This document shows, in pieces, positions 17,341 to 27,772 of a DNA stretch of 64,000 nucleotides. The notes beneath the pieces were generated by a model, which was given only the letters and a program-made list of their open reading frames with translations, was not told the origin of the DNA and ran no database searches. Position numbers and translations under genes: made by a program. The stretch is from positions 25,256 to 89,255 of the forward strand of contig CAZVGS010000001.1 of assembly GCA_964627245.1 (NCBI GenBank), in the 5' to 3' direction. Within the stretch, counting starts at the first letter, position 1, and the number at the start of each line of letters is the position of its first letter. The stretch comes from an uncultured Gammaproteobacteria bacterium (GTDB lineage Bacteria > Patescibacteriota > Microgenomatia > Levybacterales > GWA1-39-11).

Positions 17341-18261
17341 ATGGGCGCGCAAACAAACCTTCTCTTACTTTTTGGTGTGATAATTGTTGGTTTTTTGGCT
17401 TTGGATTTGGGATACTTTAACAGAAAAGCTCATAAAATCGCTCCAAAATCAGCATTGATTCAGTCCCTCTTTTGGGTGGCAGTTTCCTTTGCTTTTGCTT
17501 TCCTGATATTTCTTTATATGGGACAAAAGCTTGCTGTTGAGTTCATGAGTGCTTACGTGACCGAAAAGATGCTTTCAGTCGACAATTTATTTGTCATAAT
17601 GCTTATTTTCAATTTCTTCAAGATCGAGGAAAAATTCCATCATAAAGTACTTTTCTGGGGAATTATGGGAGCGATTGTTTTTAGAGCTGTTTTTATTCTG
17701 CTGGGCGCTTACATAATTCACAATTTCCATTGGGTTTTGTACATTTTTGGAGCTATCTTAATCTATACTGGGATAAAACTCTTTACAGATAAAAAAGAAG
17801 AGCATGTGGATTTTAACAATAACCGCGCAGTAAGGCTTACAAGAAAGTTTTTTCCGCTAACAAGCGATTACCATAATGGAAAATTTATAAGCAAAAAGAA
17901 TGGCAAAATACTCTTCACTGAACTGGTTTTGATAATTGTTTTGGTTGAAGCAACTGATATTGTTTTTGCAATCGACTCGATACCGGCAGCATTTGCGATA
18001 AGTCAAAACCCTTTTGTCGTATTTACGTCAAACATTTTTGCAATTATGGGTCTTAGGGCTCTTTTCTTCTTGCTGCAAAATGTTATGGGGAAGTTTCACC
18101 ACCTTCAAAAGGGCTTATCTTTTATACTCGTTTTTATTGGAGCAAAAATGTTACTTGGCCTATTTCACCTGCACTTAGATTCTCTATTGTCATTTGGTGT
18201 GATAATGGCTGCTTTAGGCGCCTCTCTTCTGTTGTCTATCGTGTTTCCGAAGGAGGTATAA
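17341..18261 (+). CDS. TerC/Alx family membrane protein
   Basis: EKMLSVDNLFV, TDIVFAIDSIPA and TSNIFAIMGLRALFF. Confidence 0.93.
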   Translation: MGAQTNLLLLFGVIIVGFLALDLGYFNRKAHKIAPKSALIQSLFWVAVSFAFAFLIFLYMGQKLAVEFMSAYVTEKMLSVDNLFVIMLIFNFFKIEEKFHHKVLFWGIMGAIVFRAVFILLGAYIIHNFHWVLYIFGAILIYTGIKLFTDKKEEHVDFNNNRAVRLTRKFFPLTSDYHNGKFISKKNGKILFTELVLIIVLVEATDIVFAIDSIPAAFAISQNPFVVFTSNIFAIMGLRALFFLLQNVMGKFHHLQKGLSFILVFIGAKMLLGLFHLHLDSLLSFGVIMAALGASLLLSIVFPKEV

Positions 18262-18364
18262 TTATAAATAAAGTCAATAAACAGCAGAACAATTTGATAC
18301 TTCACTAAAAAAACTCCTTTTCTTGAAGCTGGCATTAATTTTGAGTATAATTGAGTGTTAATAT

Positions 18365-18435
18365 TGGGATGTCGTCTAATGGTAGGACAACAGCCTTTGG
18401 AGCTGTTTATTTTGGTTCGAGTCCAAGCGTCCCAG
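18365..18435 (+). tRNA. tRNA-Gln(TTG)
   Basis: ACAGC-CT TTG GA-GCTGT. Confidence 0.93.
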
Positions 18436-18518
18436 CACAAGTTAACGCTAAATGGTTTCAAGCTCAAATTTGACTTAAGCATTTAGTATGCTAGTATTTA
18501 GATAAGTCTTGCCTCATT

Positions 18519-19685
18519 ATGAAAAAGACTCTTTTTGTACTAAGCACTTTCCTTCTCAGTTTTTTCTTGTTCTCCTCTCAAGCATTTTCCCAAGAAACTA
18601 CAAAAACAACCACTTTGCCAGAGAATGAAACCATCAATAGAGACTACTTCGCCGGCAATGAACGCGTAATAATTTCAGGAATTGTTAACGGCGATATATA
18701 TTCCGCAGGTGCAGAGGTAACTTTTGACGGAACAACATCCTCAGATCTTATAACTATGGGAGGGAATATTACAATTTCCGGACAAATTGACGGGGATGTC
18801 AGGCTTGCCGGGGGTAATGTTACCTTCTCAGGAGCTGAAATTGCAGGAAACGTAACAGTTGCAGGAGGAGACGTTCTTATAGACCAAGCTACTAATATAG
18901 GAGGCTCGATAGTGGCTCTTGGAGGCAACTTACAGTTTATGGGGCCGATAGGCAAAAATCTTGTTGTTGCAGGGGGAAATGTAACGGTTGGAAATAGTAT
19001 TAATGGTGACATCTGGTCGCCTGGGGTCGGAAGTCTGAGACTTATGAATGGAGCTAGTGTAAATGGACAGCTGACCTATACATCAAGCGAAGAAGCGCTT
19101 ATTTCAGACGGGGCCACAGTCTCCGGGGTAACTGAAAGAAGAGAACCTCCCGTTGATAAGCAGGATGCTAATGAAGCTGCCGGAAAAGGTATGGCAGGAC
19201 TTGCAGGACTATTTCTCTTCATTCTTCTTGGAGACCTTTTAATGTCAATATTATTAGGGCTTGCCCTGGTCTTTTTTATGCCGAATTTTGTAATAAGAGC
19301 GGCTGGCAAAGCCATAACAAGTGTCGGTAATTCTTTTTTAATCGGCCTGGTCGTTGCAATTGTTGCACCAATTGCCCTTCTGCTTTTTATGCTGACCTTA
19401 GTAGGTATTCCTTTGGCTTTGGCATTATTTGTCATATTCTTCCTGGTTCTTTGGTTTGCCAAAGTTCTAGGTTCTATCGCTTTAGGCAGGAGAATACTTA
19501 CTGTAAAAAAGACTGAAAGCTCCTACAAAGCCGTATTTTTGGGGGTTGTTTTATACTTTGTCCTGGGAATAATTCCTGTCATTGGAAGCCTGCTTCAAGG
19601 ATTTATAGCCTTAACCGGTCTTGGCTCCTTGGCTATCAGCAAAAAAGAATATTACAATGAGTTAAGAACTAAAAAAATTCTTTAA
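18519..19685 (+). CDS. Bactofilin-like beta-helix protein with C-terminal membrane domain
   Basis: Signal peptide; repeated (G)D/N-xxxx-GG-N-V units; several TM helices. Confidence 0.75.
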   Translation: MKKTLFVLSTFLLSFFLFSSQAFSQETTKTTTLPENETINRDYFAGNERVIISGIVNGDIYSAGAEVTFDGTTSSDLITMGGNITISGQIDGDVRLAGGNVTFSGAEIAGNVTVAGGDVLIDQATNIGGSIVALGGNLQFMGPIGKNLVVAGGNVTVGNSINGDIWSPGVGSLRLMNGASVNGQLTYTSSEEALISDGATVSGVTERREPPVDKQDANEAAGKGMAGLAGLFLFILLGDLLMSILLGLALVFFMPNFVIRAAGKAITSVGNSFLIGLVVAIVAPIALLLFMLTLVGIPLALALFVIFFLVLWFAKVLGSIALGRRILTVKKTESSYKAVFLGVVLYFVLGIIPVIGSLLQGFIALTGLGSLAISKKEYYNELRTKKIL

Positions 19686-19783
19686 TTACGCATAGCCTCA
19701 GGCCCTCTTCGCTGTGATTGATAAATTTATAGATAGACAAGTTATAAATAGTAGCAATAAAGTAACTTTGTTATAATTTCCTA

Positions 19784-20872
19784 GTGAAAAAATTTATTTT
19801 GCTATTCTTGGTAGTTCTTTTTCTGATAACACCGGTATCATCTTTTGCGCAAAGCAGCCCGGAATACATAGAAGCTAAAGTTATAGGAATTTCTGAGGAA
19901 AGTACAATTATAGAAAGCGACGGGTTTAAGCATCCTTACCAAAAACTCCAGTTTCTAGGGCAATCAGGATCCATGAAAGACAAAACATTCACGCTTGAAA
20001 ATGGATACTACAATCAAAGCACAATAGTAAGGTACAAAGTTGGAGATAAATTGGTCTTAACAAAAACTAAAGACCCATCAGGCAACAATCAGATACTAAT
20101 AGCTGACTACGTAAGAACTACTCCTCTTTTGCTTTTAGCAGTAATTTTTGTTCTGGTAACGGTTGTTATAGGGGGAAAAAGGGGGACTTTTTCTCTTGTT
20201 GGCATGGTACTCACCTTTGGTGCAATTTTCGTCTTCGTTCTGCCTCAAATTTCAGCAGGCCAAAATCCGATAGTAATAACAAGCGTTGCCGCGCTCGTTG
20301 TAATCCCCGTAACTTTTTTACTCGCTCACGGCTTTAACATAAAAACCTTTTGTGCAATTGGAAGTACATTTATTGTTCTTATATTTACGGGCTTTCTTTC
20401 CCAAATATTTATGAATTACACGCATCTCACAGGCTACGTAAGTGAAGAAGCGGCCTTTCTAAATACCATAAAGCAAGGCAGTCTTGATGCCCGCGGACTG
20501 CTTTTTGCAGGAATAATTGTGGCTCTTCTTGGGATACTTGAAGACATAACAATTTCCCAGTCAGCAATAGTCGTGCAGCTCGAAAAAGCCAATAAAAAGC
20601 TTTCCATAACCGATCTTTTTAGAAGAGCAATGGATATTGGAAAAGATCATATAGCTTCAATGGCAAACACATTAATTCTTGTTTATGCCGGCGCCTCACT
20701 CCCCCTACTATTGCTCTTTGTTAACAGCAGTGTGCCGATTGCGCAAGTTTTTAACTCGGAAATAGTTGCTGAAGAAATAGTAAGAACCCTAACTGCAAGT
20801 ATCGGACTTATTGTAGCAGTTCCAATAGCAACCCTTCTTACAGTACTGGTCGTCAAAAGAAAGTCTTTTTAA
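19784..20872 (+). CDS. YibE/F family membrane protein
   Basis: LGILEDITISQ and IGKDHIASMANTLILVYAG. Confidence 0.9.
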   Translation: MKKFILLFLVVLFLITPVSSFAQSSPEYIEAKVIGISEESTIIESDGFKHPYQKLQFLGQSGSMKDKTFTLENGYYNQSTIVRYKVGDKLVLTKTKDPSGNNQILIADYVRTTPLLLLAVIFVLVTVVIGGKRGTFSLVGMVLTFGAIFVFVLPQISAGQNPIVITSVAALVVIPVTFLLAHGFNIKTFCAIGSTFIVLIFTGFLSQIFMNYTHLTGYVSEEAAFLNTIKQGSLDARGLLFAGIIVALLGILEDITISQSAIVVQLEKANKKLSITDLFRRAMDIGKDHIASMANTLILVYAGASLPLLLLFVNSSVPIAQVFNSEIVAEEIVRTLTASIGLIVAVPIATLLTVLVVKRKSF

Positions 20873-21177
20873 GAATTGTTTATATTTATAACTGAGCCTA
20901 GGCTAATTTTGTGCTTTTCAATTTCCCCATTTTTAAGCTCCAAAACCCTAAAAAACCACGGATTCCACAAAAAAACTCTATTGGGCTTTAAGCCATTCGC
21001 TAATTTAACAACCAAATTTTTATCGTCCAGAATAACTACATCAATGGGAAACTTCAAAAAAAAAGTATGAATTCCCCATCTTGTCTCAAAATAAATATTT
21101 TCGGCTTTTTCTTTTCCCAAAAGACCCTTTGATTTTTGATCAAAGTTTTTAAGAAATTTTGCATTTACTTTTATCAC
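20869..21177 (-). CDS. DUF192 family protein
   Basis: KGLLG, IHTFFLKFPIDVVILD and VLEL. Confidence 0.85.
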   Translation of the reverse strand: MIKVNAKFLKNFDQKSKGLLGKEKAENIYFETRWGIHTFFLKFPIDVVILDDKNLVVKLANGLKPNRVFLWNPWFFRVLELKNGEIEKHKISLGSVININNS

Positions 21178-21218
21178 AAAATGAGTTTATCATAATAAAT
21201 ACTGTTATAATATAGGAT

Positions 21219-22178
21219 ATGAAATTAGTTGATGATGTAGTAATTACGGTTGAAGCCGGTAACGGGGGAAATGGCGCCACAATTACCAAGCAGATGTACG
21301 CCAGTAAAAAAACCACTCCTGACGGCGGAAATGGAGGTAATGGCGGAAATGTGTATTTTAAGGCAGACAAAAATATCTCGGATCTTTCCCAGTTTCAGTA
21401 CAAAAAAAAGATAAAAGGAATTGATGGAACAATGGGCAAAAGAAAAGATTTGGACGGAAAGAACGGCGAGGATCTTACTGTTCTGGTGCCATTCGGCACA
21501 ACAATCAAAAACGAAACGACCAAGGAATATGTAGAGCTATTGACTGATTTACCGTTTTGCGTTGCGTACGGTGGACATGGGGGCATGGGCAATCATGACT
21601 ATGCTCCTGATATTAAGAATTTCGGGCCTAGGATTGCCGAAGGGTCAAAAGGAGACTCATTCACACTGCATTTAACCTTAAGTCTTATTGCTGATATTGG
21701 GCTTGTTGGGCTTCCGAATGCCGGAAAAAGCTCTATACTGGAAGCTCTAACAAACGCCACTCCTAAAATAGCCGACTACCCTTTCACTACTCTTTCACCA
21801 AATTTAGGCGTTTGTAAAGATAAAGTAATTGCCGATATCCCCGGACTTATTGAGGGAGCTTCAAAAGGCAAAGGACTTGGAATTTCATTTTTGAAGCACA
21901 TCGGAAAGACAAAGGTTCTATTCCACTGCATAGATTCAACCGAAGAGGATGTCTCAAGGGTTTACAAGCTTGTAAGAGACGAATTTTCAGAGTTTGATAA
22001 AAAACTGCTTGATAAAGAGGAAATTATACTTTTAACAAAGGTCGATCTTGTTGAGAACAAAACTATTCAAAAGAAGACAAAAGAGTTACAGAAATACAAA
22101 AGAAAAATTGTTCCTGTTTCAATTTACGACCAAAAAAGCCTCGACACATTAATGGAAATTGTCTTAAGTTTTACTTAA
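21219..22178 (+). CDS. obgE: Obg-family GTPase
   Basis: AGNGGNG and DGGNGGNGG glycine-rich fold; GLPNAGKS, YPFTT, DIPG and TKVD. Confidence 0.9.
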   Translation: MKLVDDVVITVEAGNGGNGATITKQMYASKKTTPDGGNGGNGGNVYFKADKNISDLSQFQYKKKIKGIDGTMGKRKDLDGKNGEDLTVLVPFGTTIKNETTKEYVELLTDLPFCVAYGGHGGMGNHDYAPDIKNFGPRIAEGSKGDSFTLHLTLSLIADIGLVGLPNAGKSSILEALTNATPKIADYPFTTLSPNLGVCKDKVIADIPGLIEGASKGKGLGISFLKHIGKTKVLFHCIDSTEEDVSRVYKLVRDEFSEFDKKLLDKEEIILLTKVDLVENKTIQKKTKELQKYKRKIVPVSIYDQKSLDTLMEIVLSFT

Positions 22179-22202
22179 GAGAAATTCTGTTAGAATATCT
22201 TC

Positions 22203-22871
22203 ATGAGAATTCTGATCGTTGAAGATGAAGAAAAAATAGCAAACTCCCTAAAGTTAGGTCTGACACAAGAATCCTACGCAGTTGATGTTAAAAATGACGG
22301 GCAAGAGGGCTACGAGATGGCCTCTTATGAACCTTACGACCTTATTATCCTGGATCTGATGCTTCCGTCTATGGACGGTTTTGAGATCTGCAGGAAGCTG
22401 CGGGAAGAAAAGAACGTTACTCCCATTCTTATGCTGACAGCCCGGGGAGAAATTGAAGATAAAGTGAAAGGTCTTGATATCGGGGCAGATGATTACCTTC
22501 AAAAACCGTTCGCATTTAATGAGCTTTTAGCACGCATAAGAGCGCTTGCAAGAAGACCCAGAAAAACAACCGGATTAACGCTTGCAGTTGAAGACTTGAC
22601 TCTAGACACGGTTACGTCAGAGGTAAAAAGAGGAGGCAAGGCAATTCCATTATCAGGCAAAGAGTTTGCTCTTTTGGAGTATCTCATGCGCCACAAGGGG
22701 ACAATTGTCAAAAAAGATCAAATAATAAGTCATGTTTGGGATTACGACTCTGATGTTATGCCCAATTCTGTTGAAGTTTATATAACCCATCTGAGAGGAA
22801 AGGTCGATAGACCTTTTAAGGGCAAAAAATTAATAACAACAATAAGAGGCTTCGGATACAAAATAGGCTAA
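22203..22871 (+). CDS. OmpR-family response regulator
   Basis: Receiver domain (VEDE, LDLMLP, KPF) plus winged helix (TIRGFGY). Confidence 0.95.
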   Translation: MRILIVEDEEKIANSLKLGLTQESYAVDVKNDGQEGYEMASYEPYDLIILDLMLPSMDGFEICRKLREEKNVTPILMLTARGEIEDKVKGLDIGADDYLQKPFAFNELLARIRALARRPRKTTGLTLAVEDLTLDTVTSEVKRGGKAIPLSGKEFALLEYLMRHKGTIVKKDQIISHVWDYDSDVMPNSVEVYITHLRGKVDRPFKGKKLITTIRGFGYKIG

Positions 22872-22872
22872 A

Positions 22873-23883
22873 ATGTTCAGATCGGCACGGCTAAAACTAA
22901 CAGGATGGTACTTACTCATGATAATGTTCGTGAGTCTTTTTTTCTCTGTTGTAATATATGCCAACGTCGACCGCGAACTCTTCAGGCTTGAGCAGATCCA
23001 GCAAATTTCCAAGCAAAGAGCTGAGGAATACTTCGGCTATGCCCCGCCCGCACGGGTTACGACAATAATTGAGGCCAACCTTATCGATGAAGCGCGCGAT
23101 AGGCTTTTGACTGACCTTGCGGTTCTTAACGTCTGCATTTTCTTTGCTGCTGCTTGGGTAGGCTTTTTCTTAGCAGGAAGAACGCTTACACCGATTAGAA
23201 AAATGATTGACACGCAGTCGCGCTTTTTAGCGGATGCTTCTCACGAGTTAAAGACCCCTCTTACCACTCTCAGAACCGAAATTGAAATATATCTGAGGGG
23301 AAAAAAGCATTCACTTCAGGACTCTGAAAAAATTATTCAAAGCAATCTTGAGGAAGTAGTAAGACTTCAGAAGTTAACGGATAATTTGATGGAGTTAACT
23401 ACATTGGAAAAAATCGGAAAAAATATTCCTTTTGAGAAAATTGACATCGTTGAGGTTATGAATGAAGCATCAGACAGCCTCAAAAAGCTGGCAGTCAAAA
23501 AAAAGATAGAAATAATTGAAAGGTATAAAAAAGCTTATATGTACGGGCACAAGAAAAGTCTAGTAGAACTTTTTACTATTCTTTTGGATAATGCTATAAA
23601 ATATAGCCATGAAAAGTCTAAAGTCACTCTTAGCTGTGGCATAAAAAAAGGCTATGTTGTAATTAAGGTTGAAGACCGGGGTATAGGAATTCTCGAGGAA
23701 GACATAGACCATATTTTTGACCGTTTTTACCGCGCAGACAAATCAAGAAATATCTCAAAAATCCCGGGCTATGGACTTGGTCTTTCTATAGCAAGGGAAA
23801 TTGTAAAGCTTCACAATGGCCGGATCTACGCAAAAAGGCTAAAGAAAGGAACTCTATTCACCGTTGAGCTCCCTAGGGCTTAA
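22873..23883 (+). CDS. Sensor histidine kinase
   Basis: Two TM helices; ASHELKTPL, DNAIKY, DRGIG and GYGLGLS. Confidence 0.95.
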   Translation: MFRSARLKLTGWYLLMIMFVSLFFSVVIYANVDRELFRLEQIQQISKQRAEEYFGYAPPARVTTIIEANLIDEARDRLLTDLAVLNVCIFFAAAWVGFFLAGRTLTPIRKMIDTQSRFLADASHELKTPLTTLRTEIEIYLRGKKHSLQDSEKIIQSNLEEVVRLQKLTDNLMELTTLEKIGKNIPFEKIDIVEVMNEASDSLKKLAVKKKIEIIERYKKAYMYGHKKSLVELFTILLDNAIKYSHEKSKVTLSCGIKKGYVVIKVEDRGIGILEEDIDHIFDRFYRADKSRNISKIPGYGLGLSIAREIVKLHNGRIYAKRLKKGTLFTVELPRA

Positions 23884-24138
23884 CCTTAAATCTCTTTCAT
23901 TTGCTAGAGTAATTTTATTCGCTCTATTAAGTTTTTTTATTTTCGCTTCGCGGGTGAGTGCTTCAGAAAGACTCTGACAAGTCTCATAATAAACAAGCTT
24001 CACAGGGCGTCTTCCCGAAGTATATTTTGCGCCTCCGGAGAGTATCCCATTGTGCTCCTTTACCCTTTTTTCAAGGTCTTTTGCAATACCGCAGTATAGT
24101 GTTCCGTCACTGCATTTTAGAAGATAAACATAATACAT
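23854..24138 (-). CDS. Stand-alone GIY-YIG nuclease (UPF0213/YhbQ-like)
   Basis: YYVYLLKCSDGTLYCG...RVKEHN...GAKYT..RPVKLVY. Confidence 0.9.
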   Translation of the reverse strand: MYYVYLLKCSDGTLYCGIAKDLEKRVKEHNGILSGGAKYTSGRRPVKLVYYETCQSLSEALTREAKIKKLNRANKITLANERDLRLSPRELNGE

Positions 24139-24230
24139 AGCTCATTATAAACTTTCTTCAAAAGCAAAGGCAGGCCTTCCAAAATGACCTATTTTGTGCT
24201 ATAATAGTATATCTTCGAAAGTAAAACACC

Positions 24231-24503
24231 ATGCAGACAAAAAATTCAAATCCATGTACCCGTTGCGGAAAAGAAAGAATTGAGGGTAAAAAATATAAAG
24301 AAGAAATAGCAACTTTTTTCGGCACATCAACCATTGTTCATGTTGATACTATTTGTCCTGATAAGGAGTGTCAGGAAATTGTTGAGTCGAAGCTTGAAGC
24401 GCTAAAGCAAAAATCAGATGAAATGAAGCTTGAAAAGCAAAAAAAGCTTGATGTTGCCGCCGCCGCAAGAAAAGAAAAAGCTCTCCAAAAACTCAAAAAC
24501 TAA
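24231..24503 (+). CDS. Small Cys-containing hypothetical protein
   Basis: CTRC and CPDKEC followed by a coiled coil. Confidence 0.7.
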   Translation: MQTKNSNPCTRCGKERIEGKKYKEEIATFFGTSTIVHVDTICPDKECQEIVESKLEALKQKSDEMKLEKQKKLDVAAAARKEKALQKLKN

Positions 24504-24720
24504 TTTTTTTAGAAATCAATTTCTCTATAAATAAATAATTGTTGTGGTTTGTTATTGCGTGAAAAAATTATAAATTTTGCGTGAAATATTTTTTAATAGA
24601 CTTTGATAACAAATGTTACAGAAGATGTATATTGTGTGAAATATTTTCACGTCATATAACTTTGATGATAGTTCTTTACAACAACTTGCCCACTGTAAAG
24701 ATAGATAAATTTTCTGCCCT

Positions 24721-26085
24721 ATGTCAAGATTTTTTACTGCCAGGATTTTATTGTCTTTTGCAATTCTTACGGGTGCAATTGCTGTAGTAGTTGCTGCAAC
24801 ATTCGCATTCTTGTCGGATACCGAAACCTCCACAGCTAACTTTTTAGAAGCCGGAGATATAGATCTTAAGATAGATAACACAAGTTACTACAATGGCGCT
24901 CAAAGTCCGACAACAACTTGGGATCTTGATGACCTGGACACACACTTATTCTTTAATTTTCAAGATCTTAAACCCGGAGACTGGGGAGAGGATACGATTT
25001 CAATCCATGTAAATACAAATGATGCATGGGCTTGTTTCAACTCGACATTAACCTCTGATGATGACGTCAGCTCAAATGAACCCGAACTGCTTGTTGATGT
25101 ACCTGAAGATAATAATGATGATTTTGACGGTGAACTGGGCAGCAATATCGACTTTCTGCTTTGGGTAGATGATGGCGACAATGTACTTGAACAAGGAGAA
25201 AGCGATAACAATATAATAGCTTTTGGAAAAGCAAATTCTGTTCTACAGAACATGTCAGAAAGCCTCGCAGATTCAGTTTCGGGACTAGTAGTAGATGACG
25301 GACAGCCTTTAAGCGGGGGCCAAACCTATTACATCGCGAAGGCATGGTGCTTTGGAAATATGACTCTTGCTCCACTCCCTGAAGGACAAGGGGTAAATCC
25401 AACTGTTGACGGTGGAATTTTGTGCGATGGCTCAGGTTTTGATAACTCCACTCAAACAGATAAGCTTACTGCAGATATTTCTTTTACAACAGTGCAATTC
25501 AGAAATAACCCTGACTTTGTCTGCTTTGAAGAGCCTCAATTTGCCTGCGGAGAAGAATCGGATCCAATATACGCTGTAGCATTTTCAGAAAACAATCAGG
25601 GTCTAAGAAAAAATGGCACTGCAATTTTGCCTGATAGAACTGATCCGAATGTCGCTTTGGGTGTTCCGCAAAGCGCAGGAATTGCAAATGACGCCCCTGT
25701 AGTTGCAGGTTCATTTTTCAGTCTTGGTTTTCCGCACGCAAATAACCTCAATACTCCCGGAAGCATAGTTTTTGATATGGGTGAGACTTTTTATCCTAAC
25801 AATGGCGGAGACGACATCATGGTGTATGAGGTAACTGGCGGAACTTACCCCGTTGAAACAGTTAAAGTTGAAGCAAAGCTAGAAACCGGTGACTCCTGGA
25901 CTAATCTTGGCACTATTAACCGAGACGGGGGCGTTGAAATGTCACCGCTTACGTCAGCCCGCTACATAAGACTTACCGAAGCAAGCAATATAGCACCATT
26001 TGAAGCAACGGCCGACGGATATGATCTGGATGCAGTTAAAGCATTATGCACACCCGAAAACCAAATCGACCCGGGAGGGCAATAA
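24721..26085 (+). CDS. TasA-family protein with SipW-class signal peptide
   Basis: ATFAFLSDTETS..N.LEAG.IDL and DLKPGD.GE; acidic. Confidence 0.88.
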   Translation: MSRFFTARILLSFAILTGAIAVVVAATFAFLSDTETSTANFLEAGDIDLKIDNTSYYNGAQSPTTTWDLDDLDTHLFFNFQDLKPGDWGEDTISIHVNTNDAWACFNSTLTSDDDVSSNEPELLVDVPEDNNDDFDGELGSNIDFLLWVDDGDNVLEQGESDNNIIAFGKANSVLQNMSESLADSVSGLVVDDGQPLSGGQTYYIAKAWCFGNMTLAPLPEGQGVNPTVDGGILCDGSGFDNSTQTDKLTADISFTTVQFRNNPDFVCFEEPQFACGEESDPIYAVAFSENNQGLRKNGTAILPDRTDPNVALGVPQSAGIANDAPVVAGSFFSLGFPHANNLNTPGSIVFDMGETFYPNNGGDDIMVYEVTGGTYPVETVKVEAKLETGDSWTNLGTINRDGGVEMSPLTSARYIRLTEASNIAPFEATADGYDLDAVKALCTPENQIDPGGQ

Positions 26086-26150
26086 ATTTGAAAATTAACC
26101 ATGAGAAACACGAAAAACTCTTAATGAGTTGGCAGGAAAGGAGGTGAAAT

Positions 26151-27692
26151 ATGACAAAATTTTTAAATACTAGAATTTTACTATCAGGAGCAACAATTTT
26201 AACAGCATCAGCTGTTATTATTGGTGCAACTTTCGCATTCTTTTCAGACACTGAGACTTCTAGTGGCAACACATTTGCCGCCGGTGGTATTGATCTTCTA
26301 GTAGACAGCCAAGCACATTATGCAGGACTTACATGTATCGAAGGCGTATGGGTTGAAGATCAAGCTGAGGAATCAACACGTCCTGATTTAATAGGCTTGC
26401 CATGTTCAGGAACTTGGACCCTAACCGATCTAGGACCTGCTCATACCTTCTTTAACCTCGGAGATCTCAAACCGGGGGACGAAGGAGAGAATACTATATC
26501 TCTTCATGTTGAAAACAACGACGCATACGTTTGTGCTGTAGTTAACAACTTGGAGGATAATGACAATGGTCTTACTGAGCCTGAAGAAGACGATGGCGAT
26601 ACTACAGGAGGTGATGGAGAGGGAGAATTGTCTGCTGCTCTCAGATTCTTTGCATGGGCTGACACAGGCCCAAATGACATCTTCGATGGAGATGATCCGC
26701 TTGAAGGAGACAACATTTGGCAAGAAGGCGAACAGCCTCTATTCTCCAATGGAGAAGGACCTGCAAGTGATGTTTTGGGAGGAGTTTCATACCCTCTTTT
26801 TACGCCTAGTACAAATTCCTTACCAGCAGGAGACACAGCATATGTTGGTCTTTACTGGTGCTTTGGGGAAATTTCGATTGGTGCTGGCACACTTACCTGC
26901 AATGGTGAGCTTGTCAACAACATCACACAGACTGACAGCATGACTGCTGATCTTAGCTTCTATGTTGAACAGGCAAGAAATAACGAGGACTTTACTTGTC
27001 CTACACCTGACCAAATAGAACCTGACAACAATATTACAGTTGTTGTTGAAGAAGAAGATCTTGAAACGGCAAGTCTTGTAACAGCTAAAACGAACGGTAG
27101 TTGGTTTTTCTATAACGATACAGCAGATTCAATCATGACGATTGATCAGTTCCTAGGTGACGGAGGAGAAAACCACATGGATGAAGTTGCAGGCGTCGGC
27201 AGTGCAAAAATGGTACTGCATGAAGCTTCAGCTCGTTACAACATTGCTACCTATAAGTACAGTGATATTAAGCTTGCTGACATAGATGAACTTTCATATC
27301 GAATATATGATGGTTCGGCTTCAAGCCAAACTCCATACCTTCACTTTAATGTTGACTTCAACAATAGTGATACATGGCAGAATCGCTTAGTAATGGTTCC
27401 TTCAGGTGTAGCTTCTGAAACATGGGCTACAGTTGATGCAATCGATGGAGGTAGTGCAATGTGGACATACTCCGGTGCAAACTGGCCAGCTGGCTTAGTT
27501 GACGGCACTGGTTCTACGCCAGGCACGACCCCACGTTCTTGGGATGACATTCTAGCGAATTATCCTGATGCGGAAACCCGCTCAACAGATTCATTCTTAG
27601 GTGTTAGGGTAGGTCACCCTGGGCCTGATGGTGAAATCGGATATGTGGATTGGATTAACTTCAACGGTGAAGTGTCTAATTTCGAGAACTAA
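26151..27692 (+). CDS. TasA-family protein with SipW-class signal peptide (paralog)
   Basis: GATFAFFSDTETSSGNTFAAG.IDL and DLKPGDEGE; strong SD AAGGAGGT. Confidence 0.9.
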   Translation: MTKFLNTRILLSGATILTASAVIIGATFAFFSDTETSSGNTFAAGGIDLLVDSQAHYAGLTCIEGVWVEDQAEESTRPDLIGLPCSGTWTLTDLGPAHTFFNLGDLKPGDEGENTISLHVENNDAYVCAVVNNLEDNDNGLTEPEEDDGDTTGGDGEGELSAALRFFAWADTGPNDIFDGDDPLEGDNIWQEGEQPLFSNGEGPASDVLGGVSYPLFTPSTNSLPAGDTAYVGLYWCFGEISIGAGTLTCNGELVNNITQTDSMTADLSFYVEQARNNEDFTCPTPDQIEPDNNITVVVEEEDLETASLVTAKTNGSWFFYNDTADSIMTIDQFLGDGGENHMDEVAGVGSAKMVLHEASARYNIATYKYSDIKLADIDELSYRIYDGSASSQTPYLHFNVDFNNSDTWQNRLVMVPSGVASETWATVDAIDGGSAMWTYSGANWPAGLVDGTGSTPGTTPRSWDDILANYPDAETRSTDSFLGVRVGHPGPDGEIGYVDWINFNGEVSNFEN

Positions 27693-27701
27693 ATTCTGTT
27701 A

Positions 27702-27728
27702 CTCTAGCCCTGCTGTCCAGGGCTAGAG
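27702..27728 (+). other. GC-rich stem-loop between the second tasA-like gene and sipW
   Basis: CTCTAGCCCTG-ctgtc-CAGGGCTAGAG; a second hairpin follows at about 27732-27763. Confidence 0.7.
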
Positions 27729-27772
27729 GGCAGACCGGAGGAAAGGAACGTTTTTTCCGGTCTTCCTATTAA

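Noticed and set aside
23854-24138. GIY-YIG as a homing endonuclease or intron ORF
   Set aside because: It is the short stand-alone UPF0213 type and does not interrupt any gene.
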